From a virus: a stretch of DNA of 64,000 nt. The notes under the pieces were generated by a model. The model saw only the letters and a program-made list of their open reading frames with translations, searched no databases and was not told the origin of the DNA. The stretch lies in the IMG/VR virus record IMGVR_UViG_3300045988_073070; one strand, written 5' to 3'. The position numbers and the translations under genes are program-made. Shown here piece after piece: positions 1-8,724 of the stretch. How positions within the stretch are numbered: position 1 is the stretch's first letter; every line of letters starts with the position of its first letter.

Positions 1-49
1 CTTTTTTTTGGTGCCCAAAGTTAAAAAGATAAAATAAATGACAAAAAGT

Positions 50-80
50 TTTGTAGTTACAAAAATACTCCGTAACTTTG
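50..80 (+). promoter_or_regulatory. Bacteroidota-type promoter P1 (-33 TTTG, 19 nt spacer, -7 TAACTTTG)
   Basis: TTTG at 50-53, 19-nt spacer, TAACTTTG at 73-80. Same architecture and nearly the same sequence as 1628-1658 and 55147-55177. AAGTTAAA box at 18-25. ATG at 107. Confidence 0.7.
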
Positions 81-106
81 TAACATAAACTTAAATAAAT
101 TGGATT

Positions 107-1585
107 ATGGCATTCATACCGAGCAAATATCAAAAGACCGTTTACACTTACATCAAGATAGGTAAAGGCAATGCGGTTATTGATGCAGTAGCAGGTTCAG
201 GGAAATCTACTACCATAGTGAATGCGCTCAAACAAATACCGAGCGCAAAGAGAGTTTTGTTTTTGGCTTTCAATAAAGCTATCGTTGAAGAACTGAAAAT
301 TAAAATCGGAAATCTACCAAACGTTGATATTAAAACACTTCATAGTTTGGGAGCTTCTATTTGTATGAGGAATTTGAATTGCCAAATACAAGATGATAAG
401 TATAAGATTTGGGTTAATAACGGAGTAAATTATAGCAATCTTGTTCCGACAGTCCCACTTCCAGATGAGCAAATGGGTACGTGGAAGCAAAATATCTTAA
501 AACTTATAGACCTTGGCAGAGTTAATTTGGTAAAGACGAAAGAAGCGTTGGAAGATTTATCATATAAACATGATATAGACCTTCTTGATAACGAAGCCGA
601 CCTTGCCTTGAAGGGTATTCAATGGGGAGAGCGAGAAACGGCAACCATTGATTTCACGGATATGATATATTTCCCGAACGTTAAACAATTGAAGATATTC
701 CAATATGATTGGGTATTCATAGACGAGTGCCAAGACTTAAATGCGGCTCAAAGGGAATTGTTCTTGAAATGCGTTAAGCCGAAAGGAAGATTTATTGCGG
801 TGGGAGACCCACGCCAAGCAATATACGGATTTGCTGGAGCTGACGTTGAAAGTTTCAATCTCTTGAAGAAGATTCCGAATACAGTGAAACTTCCACTATC
901 GGTTTGTTATCGTTGCGATGCCGACATTATAAGTTTAGCCAAAGAGATAGTGCCTCAAATAGAAGCACGTGATGGAGCACCTTCGGGAGAAGTAAACCGA
1001 GATTGTAAGATGGCAGATATTCAAGACGGTGATATGGTGCTTTGTCGTCTTTCAGCTCCTTTGGTTAAGTTGTGTATGAAATATATCGGTTCAGGCGTTA
1101 AGGCTTATGTCAAAGGAAGGGATATTGGAACCAACCTTATAAATATGATTAAAAAGACCAATCGCAAGCAGATTAAGGACGTTGAAGAACGTCTCCAGAA
1201 GGAGTTATCACGAATAGTAGGAAAAGTGGTTACAAGGCAGAAATGCACTGAGCAGGAAGCGAGAGAAAGCGATGTGTACAAGAACTACGAAGATAAGGTC
1301 AAAGCAATCGAAGTCCTTTCAGAAGGATTAACAACCGCAAAAGAGGTCATTGACCGCATTGATACAATATTCTCCGATGGAAATAAATCGGGAATATGCT
1401 TGAGCACAATCCATAAATCGAAAGGATTGGAAGCCGACCGAGTATTCATCATATGTGAAGATAAGTTATATTTCAAGCCTTGTATGAATGTTCCTTGGAT
1501 GGCTGAGCAGGAAAAGAATTTGGTGTATGTAGCTTATACGAGGGCAAAACATTTTCTTGGATTCGTTAAGGATTTTGTAGCATAA
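107..1585 (+). CDS. UvrD/PcrA-like superfamily 1 DNA helicase
   Basis: Walker A AVAGSGKSTT and Walker B FIDECQD. GDPRQAIYGFAGA motif. C-terminal STIHKSKGLEADRVFI and YVAYTRAK motifs typical of UvrD-like helicases. Confidence 0.85.
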   Translation: MAFIPSKYQKTVYTYIKIGKGNAVIDAVAGSGKSTTIVNALKQIPSAKRVLFLAFNKAIVEELKIKIGNLPNVDIKTLHSLGASICMRNLNCQIQDDKYKIWVNNGVNYSNLVPTVPLPDEQMGTWKQNILKLIDLGRVNLVKTKEALEDLSYKHDIDLLDNEADLALKGIQWGERETATIDFTDMIYFPNVKQLKIFQYDWVFIDECQDLNAAQRELFLKCVKPKGRFIAVGDPRQAIYGFAGADVESFNLLKKIPNTVKLPLSVCYRCDADIISLAKEIVPQIEARDGAPSGEVNRDCKMADIQDGDMVLCRLSAPLVKLCMKYIGSGVKAYVKGRDIGTNLINMIKKTNRKQIKDVEERLQKELSRIVGKVVTRQKCTEQEARESDVYKNYEDKVKAIEVLSEGLTTAKEVIDRIDTIFSDGNKSGICLSTIHKSKGLEADRVFIICEDKLYFKPCMNVPWMAEQEKNLVYVAYTRAKHFLGFVKDFVA

Positions 1586-1627
1586 AAGTTAAAATTTGGT
1601 AAAAATCGAAAAAAGTTGGCAATTTAT

Positions 1628-1658
1628 TTTGCGGTTTGAAAAATAGTCCGTACCTTTG
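1628..1658 (+). promoter_or_regulatory. Bacteroidota-type promoter P2 (-33 TTTG, 19 nt, -7 TACCTTTG)
   Basis: TTTG 1628-1631, 19-nt spacer, TACCTTTG 1651-1658. Upstream AAGTTAAA box 1586-1593. Lies in the 122-nt gap before ATG 1708. Confidence 0.7.
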
Positions 1659-1707
1659 TATCATAATCGAAAAACAAATTGTAAATTAAATCGTAAATTT
1701 TTGGAAT

Positions 1708-2493
1708 ATGGAAGCAACAAATTTAGACAAGATTAAGACGAAACTTCAAAAGTTAATGCGTTTGTACGAAGGTGCAAAGAAAATCAACTCCGAAGGTGAA
1801 GCAAATGCTGCGGCTGCCGCAATTCAACGGCTGCTCACCCAGTACAATCTTACTATGGGTGATGTATCGCAGGAAGAACAAGACCGAGACGTGGTCAAAG
1901 AAAATATCATGTCTTGCTATCGTTTCAAATCAATCGGTGGTGATTGGGAGTTCCGTTTGATGTTCGTAGTTTGTAAGTGGAATTTCTGTAAGGTGTTCCG
2001 CTACGGCAAGACGAAAGACAAAAATATGATTTTCTTCGGTAAAGAGGAAAACATGGAAACCGTTAAGTGGTTGTACAATATGCTTTGTGAACGTTTTGTT
2101 TCTTTCGGGAAAGCGAGATACAAAGAGTATCAAGAGACTGAAGATTACTTGGTGAAGCCTATCGGACTTGACACCTACCTTCGGAGATACCTTGAAGGAT
2201 GCGCAAAAGGACTTGACGCAAAATTCCAAGAGGAAGCCGACCGTGAGAAAATCCAAAACGAAGATAAAGACTATTCAGCCAAAGTAACAGCGTTGGTAGT
2301 TCGGAACGGAGCAGAGATTGATAAGTATGTAGGCGAAAAGTTTGGCGGTTATCAGAAGGGCAGAGCGATGCCGAGTGCTAAAAGAGATTCATGTTTCGCA
2401 TACGGATTCAAAGATGGTAAGAATACTCAAATCAACAAACAAGTTGGAGAGTCAACCAGAGAACAAGCAAGTAAAGTTAAGTTGCTCAAATAA
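1708..2493 (+). CDS. DUF2786-like phage protein
   Basis: The N-terminal helix KLQKLMRLYEGAKKINSEGEANAAAAAIQRLLTQYNL resembles the DUF2786 signature seen in many phage early genes. Assignment is from memory only. Confidence 0.4.
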   Translation: MEATNLDKIKTKLQKLMRLYEGAKKINSEGEANAAAAAIQRLLTQYNLTMGDVSQEEQDRDVVKENIMSCYRFKSIGGDWEFRLMFVVCKWNFCKVFRYGKTKDKNMIFFGKEENMETVKWLYNMLCERFVSFGKARYKEYQETEDYLVKPIGLDTYLRRYLEGCAKGLDAKFQEEADREKIQNEDKDYSAKVTALVVRNGAEIDKYVGEKFGGYQKGRAMPSAKRDSCFAYGFKDGKNTQINKQVGESTREQASKVKLLK

Positions 2494-2515
2494 TCCAAAT
2501 ATTTAAGTTGAGAAT

Positions 2516-2556
2516 CGTGGGGCAGTTCCTTCGGGGATTAGTCCCACGGTTTATTT
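2516..2556 (+). terminator. Intrinsic terminator-like hairpin
   Basis: CGTGGG (2516-2521) pairs with CCCACG (2543-2548). An inner CC-UUCG-GG tetraloop hairpin lies between them. Followed by GTTTATTT. Confidence 0.55.
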
Positions 2557-2574
2557 AAGAAAAGATTAAAAGAC

Positions 2575-3549
2575 ATGAATATACTTTTTGACGGGAATTA
2601 CTTATTCCACAAAACGTTCTCCGTGTTCTCAACCTACTACAAAGGTCAAGATATGGGAGAAGTTCTTCAAGACAAGGAGAAGCAGCAGGTGCTATTGAGA
2701 AAGTGCATAATTGATATGTGCTTTGCTTTATCGAAGTTCCGAGATATAAAGCGAGTTGCGTTTGTAATAGATTCATCAAGCTGGCGTTACAGCATATACG
2801 ATGATTACAAGTACGCATTGACGAGAGTGAGAGACCCATTTTACAAGCATTTTCTGACGTGTTTAGATATGTTTGAGGCTCTTTTACGAAAGAAAGGAAT
2901 AATCGTCAGTAGAGTCATGGGAGCAGAAGGAGATGACCTGCTATATGTATGGTCAATTTACTTCGGATATATTCTTGACGAGCCGTTGGTGATTGTAACG
3001 GGTGATTCCGATATTCGTCAAATAATGAATAAGAATGTAGCGTTGTTCAATAACAATTCAAAGAATCTACGGATGTATTGCATACCAGACCGAGAAGTGT
3101 TTTGGAACGAATACATGGAAACCGATGTTCAGGTTGTAGCGACAAACCCATTTGAAGTTCTTCTGTATAAAGTAATAATGGGCGACACTTCGGACAATAT
3201 ACCGAAGCTCAAAAAGGGATTCGGGGATAAAGCATTTGAGAAATTCATAGCAAGCATATCTCCATACAGAGAGCCGAAAGACGTTGATTTGGTTAGTATG
3301 GCTCAATGGATTGCTGGACGTTTTTCCGAGTTCGCTGGAATGAAATATGAGGAAGTATTGGGACAAGTCCTATTTAATTTGAAGATGACTTGGTTGAATT
3401 TGTCTGTTTATAATGAAACCGACTACTACACCCAGAATGGCAAGAGCCTTCTTGAGAACATGCTTGACGATGTGAACGCCAACAAGAACAATTACAAGTA
3501 TAATAAGGCATACACGTTGGAAGATTTTTATGGTTCGTTAATTAAATAA
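2575..3549 (+). CDS. 5'-3' exonuclease / flap endonuclease (FEN, T4 RNase H-like)
   Basis: PIN-like N-terminus ILFDGNYLFHK, acidic motifs FVIDSSSWRY, GAEGDDLL and VTGDSDIRQI, and the H3TH motif GDTSDNIPKLKKGFGDKAFEKF. Confidence 0.85.
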   Translation: MNILFDGNYLFHKTFSVFSTYYKGQDMGEVLQDKEKQQVLLRKCIIDMCFALSKFRDIKRVAFVIDSSSWRYSIYDDYKYALTRVRDPFYKHFLTCLDMFEALLRKKGIIVSRVMGAEGDDLLYVWSIYFGYILDEPLVIVTGDSDIRQIMNKNVALFNNNSKNLRMYCIPDREVFWNEYMETDVQVVATNPFEVLLYKVIMGDTSDNIPKLKKGFGDKAFEKFIASISPYREPKDVDLVSMAQWIAGRFSEFAGMKYEEVLGQVLFNLKMTWLNLSVYNETDYYTQNGKSLLENMLDDVNANKNNYKYNKAYTLEDFYGSLIK

Positions 3550-3556
3550 AGAGACA

Positions 3557-3733
3557 ATGAAAAAGAAAACAATTATTTGGATTGCGGTTATTGTAGCCGT
3601 AGTTATCGGAGTTCTGGTGTATATGCACTACACTCCTGTTTGGGTGTCTATCTCAAACGTAATTTTCGGAGCTGTCGGCATTGTTGTAGGCTGGATTGCT
3701 CATGTGTTGTACAACAAATATATCAAAGAATAA
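3557..3733 (+). CDS. Small membrane protein with two predicted TM segments (58 aa, below the ORF-track cutoff)
   Basis: Hand translation from ATG 3557: MKKKTIIWIAVIVAVVIGVLVYMHYTPVWVSISNVIFGAVGIVVGWIAHVLYNKYIKE, stop at 3731-3733. It fills the gap between flanking genes exactly. Confidence 0.55.
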   Translation: MKKKTIIWIAVIVAVVIGVLVYMHYTPVWVSISNVIFGAVGIVVGWIAHVLYNKYIKE

Positions 3734-3737
3734 AATT

Positions 3738-4394
3738 ATGGGAAACGAAATTCATGATGCAATTCACGGAGCAAGAGCCGAAAGACTGAATTTGCTTTAC
3801 AAAAGTTTCGGGAGCGAAAAACCGAACGATGACACAATTCAGAAGGGAGAAGAAAATGAGAATCCCTTTGAAAAGGCAGCTCAAGAAGCGGATTTGGAAA
3901 AGTCCGATGTGATGAACGCTATTCAATATGGCGGTGACATTAAGGTAGCAAAGACGGGAAAGGAAATCAAGAAACAGGTAACTGATATTTTGATTCCCGA
4001 ATTAAACGCTCAACTTGCTACCAAAAAGAAAGAAGCAAACGAGTGTTTGAAATCTTGCGGGCAAGCTCCTACGAAAGATGTAAACCCGTGGTGGACTGAC
4101 GACCTACGTGTTGAAGTTCCTTACAAGGTGTACGATTGGGAAGAAATGAGCGTTAAGTCAACCGATGACCGTGTTGTTGATACTCTTTCCGCTGAACATT
4201 CAGCCGATATGGAGAAGAAATACAACTACGCAAAGACGGCAGATGAAGCTGCTGCGAGACGGGAATACAATGACTGTGTTCGTGCGGTATGTAATATTGT
4301 GGTAGATTTGGAAGCGTGTCGAATTTGCCAAAGTCTCAAGGATGCGACCGAGTATGAATTGACTCCGAAGCAATTCGCAACATTCCGCTTTTAA
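3738..4394 (+). CDS. Hypothetical protein
   Basis: Long ORF. Start moved to ATG 3738 (MGNEIHD), 4 nt after the stop of the small membrane ORF. The track start at 3696 would overlap that ORF. Confidence 0.6.
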   Translation: MGNEIHDAIHGARAERLNLLYKSFGSEKPNDDTIQKGEENENPFEKAAQEADLEKSDVMNAIQYGGDIKVAKTGKEIKKQVTDILIPELNAQLATKKKEANECLKSCGQAPTKDVNPWWTDDLRVEVPYKVYDWEEMSVKSTDDRVVDTLSAEHSADMEKKYNYAKTADEAAARREYNDCVRAVCNIVVDLEACRICQSLKDATEYELTPKQFATFRF

Positions 4395-4423
4395 CAGAAA
4401 GGACGGTGTTTTGAAGACAAAGA

Positions 4424-4460
4424 AAGCTCTGGGCTGTGAAGTTCGGAGCTTCTTTATTTT
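4424..4460 (+). terminator. Intrinsic terminator-like hairpin
   Basis: An 11-bp stem (4424-4434 with 4441-4451, three G-U pairs), 6-nt loop, then CTTTATTTT. Confidence 0.5.
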
Positions 4461-4491
4461 CCAGAGTTAATAAGGGAAAAAGTTCATAATT

Positions 4492-4833
4492 ATGCCATCA
4501 CAAAATACAGACCCAAAAGTTTGGAAATATTTCAAGACAGGAGACATTGTGAGAGATTCCGATGATAGTGTCTGGGGAAAGACCAAATTTGAAATAACGG
4601 GTTTTCACGGGAATTGGTATTGTCCTATGTTATCTACAAATATATGCGGCAAGTTCTATCCCAGCGGAAATCCTCAAAGATGTAACTTGGGTGTTCGAGA
4701 AGCAAAGTTAATATCAGCACCACGCAGACCGTTCCGAAATATGCCGAAGAAAGTTTTGATAAAACTAATGGGCAAAGGAAACGTTGAAGCCAAGCGAGAG
4801 TTCATGATGAGATTAAATACAAAAAGTTTATAA
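4492..4833 (+). CDS. Hypothetical protein
   Basis: ORF of 113 aa packed tightly before the next gene. No recognisable motif. Confidence 0.5.
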   Translation: MPSQNTDPKVWKYFKTGDIVRDSDDSVWGKTKFEITGFHGNWYCPMLSTNICGKFYPSGNPQRCNLGVREAKLISAPRRPFRNMPKKVLIKLMGKGNVEAKREFMMRLNTKSL

Positions 4834-4835
4834 AT

Positions 4836-5993
4836 ATGTTTGAGAATGCAGCATGGTACGACAAGTTACCTGACGAAAACTTGGAAGTGTACGAGCCTCA
4901 TTTGAGATTGTTCTTTGAGACTATGTACGAAAGACAAATGATTTGGAAACGTAGATTCATTGAGAAGAAAGAAAGACCTTGGACAGATAACAAGATATTT
5001 CAAGAATCGAAGTTTACCAACGTATATCGGGAATTGGACAGAAATAGTCAATGGCAAATCAAAAACATTCTCCTTGACGATTCTTTGACTTTGAAGAATC
5101 TTATTTGGAAGATGATGGTTTTCCGTTTCTTCAACAATCCTGAAACGTTCATGTTCGAGCCGAAAGGAAAGACCTTACAACCGAGCTTATTTGGAGCACC
5201 TATCAAGTCAGGACTTAAACAAGCTCAATCGAAAGACGAATTGATTGCGGCAACGAAGTGGAGAAACGGCATTCCAGATTATGACGAATATGATGAGGAC
5301 GAGTTCAGCCGATTTATTGCGGGCGTTCGCAGTTCGGGTCAGAATCCTTACACGACCGCTTACTTGATAAACTCTCAAGCTACACCTGGTCAGCCGAGAG
5401 ACTATTGTTATACAAGGGTGGTTATTCCTACGTTACATAAGAACATGGATAAGCTCATTGCTAAGGTGATGACAGCGAAGAAGCCAGAAGATATTATTGA
5501 GTACTTGAAAACGTTCCCTGCGGTGGCGGATTTTATTGCTCACGAGTTCTATCAGGACTTCACATACATACCGAGATACACCAACCGTAAATTCATGAAA
5601 TTTGACCAAAACGACTTTACGAATGTTGGGCCAGGTGCGTCAATTGGTATTCGTCTTATCTATCCGAGTTTGAAAACCGTTCGTGAGCAAAAGAAAGCTA
5701 TCTATTGGTTGAAAGACGAAGCCGATAAATGGCTTGAAAAGATAGGAAAGGAAAAGGGTGAGATGTTTCCTTATCTTGGTTGGGATTCGGCTGATGGAGA
5801 ATATTTCATATATGACTTGAAGAAGCAAAAGGAATATTCAAAGGATTCTGATGCCCGTATGTATAGTGGCATAACTCTTCACCAAATTGAGATGTGGTTA
5901 TGTGAGTTCCAGAAATATTGGAAGATGATTATTGGGGAAGGAAAACAGCGTTCCAAATTCGTTCCGAGAAGTAAAACCATTATAAAGAAATAA
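4836..5993 (+). CDS. Candidate thymidine-hypermodification protein (aGPT-pyrophosphorylase / 5-hmdU DNA kinase helical-domain-like)
   Basis: The N-terminal pattern YERQMIWKRRFIEKKERPWTDNKIFQESKFTNVYRELDRNSQW matches my recollection of the R-x-I-W-x-R-R...PWT-D...F-T/C-N-V-Y/x-R-E-x-D-R signature of this family. There is no P-loop. Not verified by search. Confidence 0.45.
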   Translation: MFENAAWYDKLPDENLEVYEPHLRLFFETMYERQMIWKRRFIEKKERPWTDNKIFQESKFTNVYRELDRNSQWQIKNILLDDSLTLKNLIWKMMVFRFFNNPETFMFEPKGKTLQPSLFGAPIKSGLKQAQSKDELIAATKWRNGIPDYDEYDEDEFSRFIAGVRSSGQNPYTTAYLINSQATPGQPRDYCYTRVVIPTLHKNMDKLIAKVMTAKKPEDIIEYLKTFPAVADFIAHEFYQDFTYIPRYTNRKFMKFDQNDFTNVGPGASIGIRLIYPSLKTVREQKKAIYWLKDEADKWLEKIGKEKGEMFPYLGWDSADGEYFIYDLKKQKEYSKDSDARMYSGITLHQIEMWLCEFQKYWKMIIGEGKQRSKFVPRSKTIIKK

Positions 5994-6000
5994 AAGCCTT

Positions 6001-6336
6001 ATGTATGCGAAGAAGCTAACAACGATGAAAGAGCCGTTGGATATTGATTTACAACTTGCCGCAGCTGAAATTGATACTTCCGTACCGAGAATGAAATATC
6101 TGTCGAATACAGTCATGGAAACTGCCTTCGATATAGAAGCGTTCAAACTACTTTGGGAAGACATACGCACCAACGCTCCTGAAATTACGAGCCTTGACGG
6201 AAATACCGTTTTGGTAGAGTATCTTGAAGAAGCCATAATCATTCACGAGAGCTTGGAGAACAAATACATTATATTCGATTCCTCAATCACTCATAAGGTT
6301 GAGGAAGCACTTAACAGTTATAAGGAAGTAAATTGA
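6001..6336 (+). CDS. Hypothetical protein
   Basis: ORF of 111 aa, co-directional and tightly packed. Confidence 0.5.
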   Translation: MYAKKLTTMKEPLDIDLQLAAAEIDTSVPRMKYLSNTVMETAFDIEAFKLLWEDIRTNAPEITSLDGNTVLVEYLEEAIIIHESLENKYIIFDSSITHKVEEALNSYKEVN

Positions 6337-6364
6337 TTTTACAAACTTTTTAATACGTTAAGAA

Positions 6365-6877
6365 ATGAGAGATTATGTATTTGTAAACAAAGACACCAAA
6401 GCAAAGGCGACCTTGCGTACAGACATAATTGATGGTAACGAAAGATTTACTATCATGTGGCTGGAAGGTGTACAAGGAACGGAATTTGAGAAGATTATGC
6501 CGTTCAAACCTGGCACTGTTATTACCAAGAAAGAAATGGAAGAGTGGTTTGAAACTTTCCAAGGCATTCTTGACGGGTACATCTACGGTGGTGAACAAGT
6601 AGTTCTTATGGGAGCTGAAACGTTTGACCTGACCATTACTCCGACTATCACGGGAGCGACTTCATGCCAACTCACGCTTTCGGGAACGAAGGAAGGAGCA
6701 GAGCCGATTCAGGACACTGTTACCGTTAATACGGGTGAGGCAAAAGTTCTCAAAATCATTGATGGTTGGGAATACAAAATCACCCTTCCTACGGGAACAA
6801 TTACAAGTGGAGACCCAGGCACTTGGACAGCCGATGCCGACAAAGCGGTTGCGTTGGCTATTACTATTGAGCCGTGA
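6365..6877 (+). CDS. Hypothetical protein
   Basis: ORF of 170 aa, followed by a terminator. Confidence 0.5.
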   Translation: MRDYVFVNKDTKAKATLRTDIIDGNERFTIMWLEGVQGTEFEKIMPFKPGTVITKKEMEEWFETFQGILDGYIYGGEQVVLMGAETFDLTITPTITGATSCQLTLSGTKEGAEPIQDTVTVNTGEAKVLKIIDGWEYKITLPTGTITSGDPGTWTADADKAVALAITIEP

Positions 6878-6906
6878 TAACAATAATTTCTGCTCAGTAA
6901 GAAGAA

Positions 6907-6940
6907 GGAGACAAAAATCAAAATTGTCTCCTTTCTTTTT
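6907..6940 (+). terminator. Rho-independent terminator
   Basis: Perfect 8-bp stem GGAGACAA (6907-6914) with TTGTCTCC (6924-6931), then TTTCTTTTT. Confidence 0.75.
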
Positions 6941-6946
6941 GTTCAC

Positions 6947-8719
6947 ATGTTTAACAGTTATAGATACTCAAAAGAAAATATAAATTGTATAACAGATATG
7001 GCGGAATTATGGCAACAATTGGACGCTATTGATTTAGCAAACGCCAAGTTACGGGTTAAGAAAATGAGGACGATTGAAAAGGCAATTCGCTCTGATTCTC
7101 CTGACGATATACTACGAGCACAGAGAGCTTTGAGTAATATTCAAGCAAGAGATGAACAGACAATTGGCCCAAAGGCGTATTTCATTGACCCACTTGAATT
7201 CAATTCAAACTTGGGTTACAAAGACAAGTCATTTTCTTTGACGTACACTACGTTGAAGCGAATGTCTAAAACTCCCATTATCAATTCCATCATAAAGACA
7301 AGGAAGAATCAAGTAGCAGACTTTGCAGAGCCTCAAGAGAATAAATATCAAACGGGGTTTGTTATCCGAAAGAAGCCGAAGGGTGGAACTGAGCAGAAGA
7401 TGGATAACAAAGACAAGAAGATTGCTTTTGCTATTACTGATTTTCTTTTGAAGGGTGGTAACGTAGGAGAATGGGAACATGATGACTTCGATACCTTTAT
7501 CAGAAAGATTGTAGAAGATTCCTTGACTTATGACCAAATGACCTTTGAGATTATGCGAAATCGAAGGGGGCAAGTAGAATCGTTTATTGCAACAGATGCA
7601 GCAACATTCCGCATGGCCAACTCCTATTTTGCAAAAGACTATGACACTGCGTATTTCAAAAAAGACAAAGGACTTTGGGGAATAGATAAGGAAGATTATG
7701 GGCCAAAAATCAAGGGTTACTATCCCGCTTATGTTCAGGTTTACCAAAACATAAAGGTTGGAGAGTTTTACCCATGGGAGCTTTGTTTTGGAGTTCGCAA
7801 TCCTTCTACTTCTATTTTTGCGAATGGTTACGGATGCTCAGAACTTGAAGAGCTTATCAACGTTGTAACATCCATGCTCTGGGGAGACGAATACAACCGA
7901 AGATTTTTCAGTCAGGGTTCAGCTCCGAAGGGAATGTTGAGAGTAAAAGGAACGGTAAACGAAGCGGCACTACAACAGTTCAAGCAGCAATGGCAGTCTA
8001 TGATTACGGGAGTTATGCAAGCATGGAAAACTCCTGTGGTAAATCAAGACGTTGAATGGATTGACCTTCAAAAGAACAACCGTGATATGGAATACACGGC
8101 TTGGATGGAATATCTTATCAAGATTGCTTGTGCTATATATAATATTGACCCTGTTGAGATAGGTTGGGACATCAGCCGTTCTTCGGGCGGTGGCGGACTT
8201 TTTGAAGGAAGTCAAGAACAAAGACTTCAACACTCCAAAGACAAAGGTTTATATCCATTACTGAAATTCCTTCAAAGGAAAATCAATAAGTATATCATTG
8301 AGCAAATTCATCCAGACTTTGAGCTTGTATTTATGGGCTTGAACGGTATGACTATTGAGCAAGAACTTGAAATGGATATTAAGAAAGTTCAACACTTTGC
8401 TACAATAAATGAAATACGGGAGAAATACGAGATGAAGCCTTTGGATGATGGAGACATTATTGAAAGCACCGTATATATGCAAGCACGTAATGCAGCAGCT
8501 GGTTTGGGCGGTATGCCAGGTCAAGGGAATCCGAATCAACCTCAATCGGGCGTTCCTACTCCTGATGGAGAGGAAGAACAAGCAGAGGAACAGAATCCAT
8601 TTGATTTATATGCCGAAGGAGACGAGGAAGAAACCGAAGATGGGGACGACACTGAAAAGGCAGAAAATTCGTTTGTAAAGGCTTTTGATAGTTTCATGGA
8701 AAAAGAATTAAACAAATAA
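6947..8719 (+). CDS. Portal protein
   Basis: 590 aa, first gene of the virion block. Central segment ELEELINVVTSMLWGDEYNRRFFSQGSAPKGMLRV is portal-like. Acidic, Pro/Gly-rich C-terminus. The start may instead be the in-frame ATG at 6998. Confidence 0.65.
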   Translation: MFNSYRYSKENINCITDMAELWQQLDAIDLANAKLRVKKMRTIEKAIRSDSPDDILRAQRALSNIQARDEQTIGPKAYFIDPLEFNSNLGYKDKSFSLTYTTLKRMSKTPIINSIIKTRKNQVADFAEPQENKYQTGFVIRKKPKGGTEQKMDNKDKKIAFAITDFLLKGGNVGEWEHDDFDTFIRKIVEDSLTYDQMTFEIMRNRRGQVESFIATDAATFRMANSYFAKDYDTAYFKKDKGLWGIDKEDYGPKIKGYYPAYVQVYQNIKVGEFYPWELCFGVRNPSTSIFANGYGCSELEELINVVTSMLWGDEYNRRFFSQGSAPKGMLRVKGTVNEAALQQFKQQWQSMITGVMQAWKTPVVNQDVEWIDLQKNNRDMEYTAWMEYLIKIACAIYNIDPVEIGWDISRSSGGGGLFEGSQEQRLQHSKDKGLYPLLKFLQRKINKYIIEQIHPDFELVFMGLNGMTIEQELEMDIKKVQHFATINEIREKYEMKPLDDGDIIESTVYMQARNAAAGLGGMPGQGNPNQPQSGVPTPDGEEEQAEEQNPFDLYAEGDEEETEDGDDTEKAENSFVKAFDSFMEKELNK

Positions 8720-8724
8720 TAGTT

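Noticed and set aside
6735-6983. 82-aa + strand ORF spanning the 6907-6940 terminator
   Set aside because: It overlaps the end of 6365-6877 and the start of the portal gene, and it reads through a terminator hairpin.
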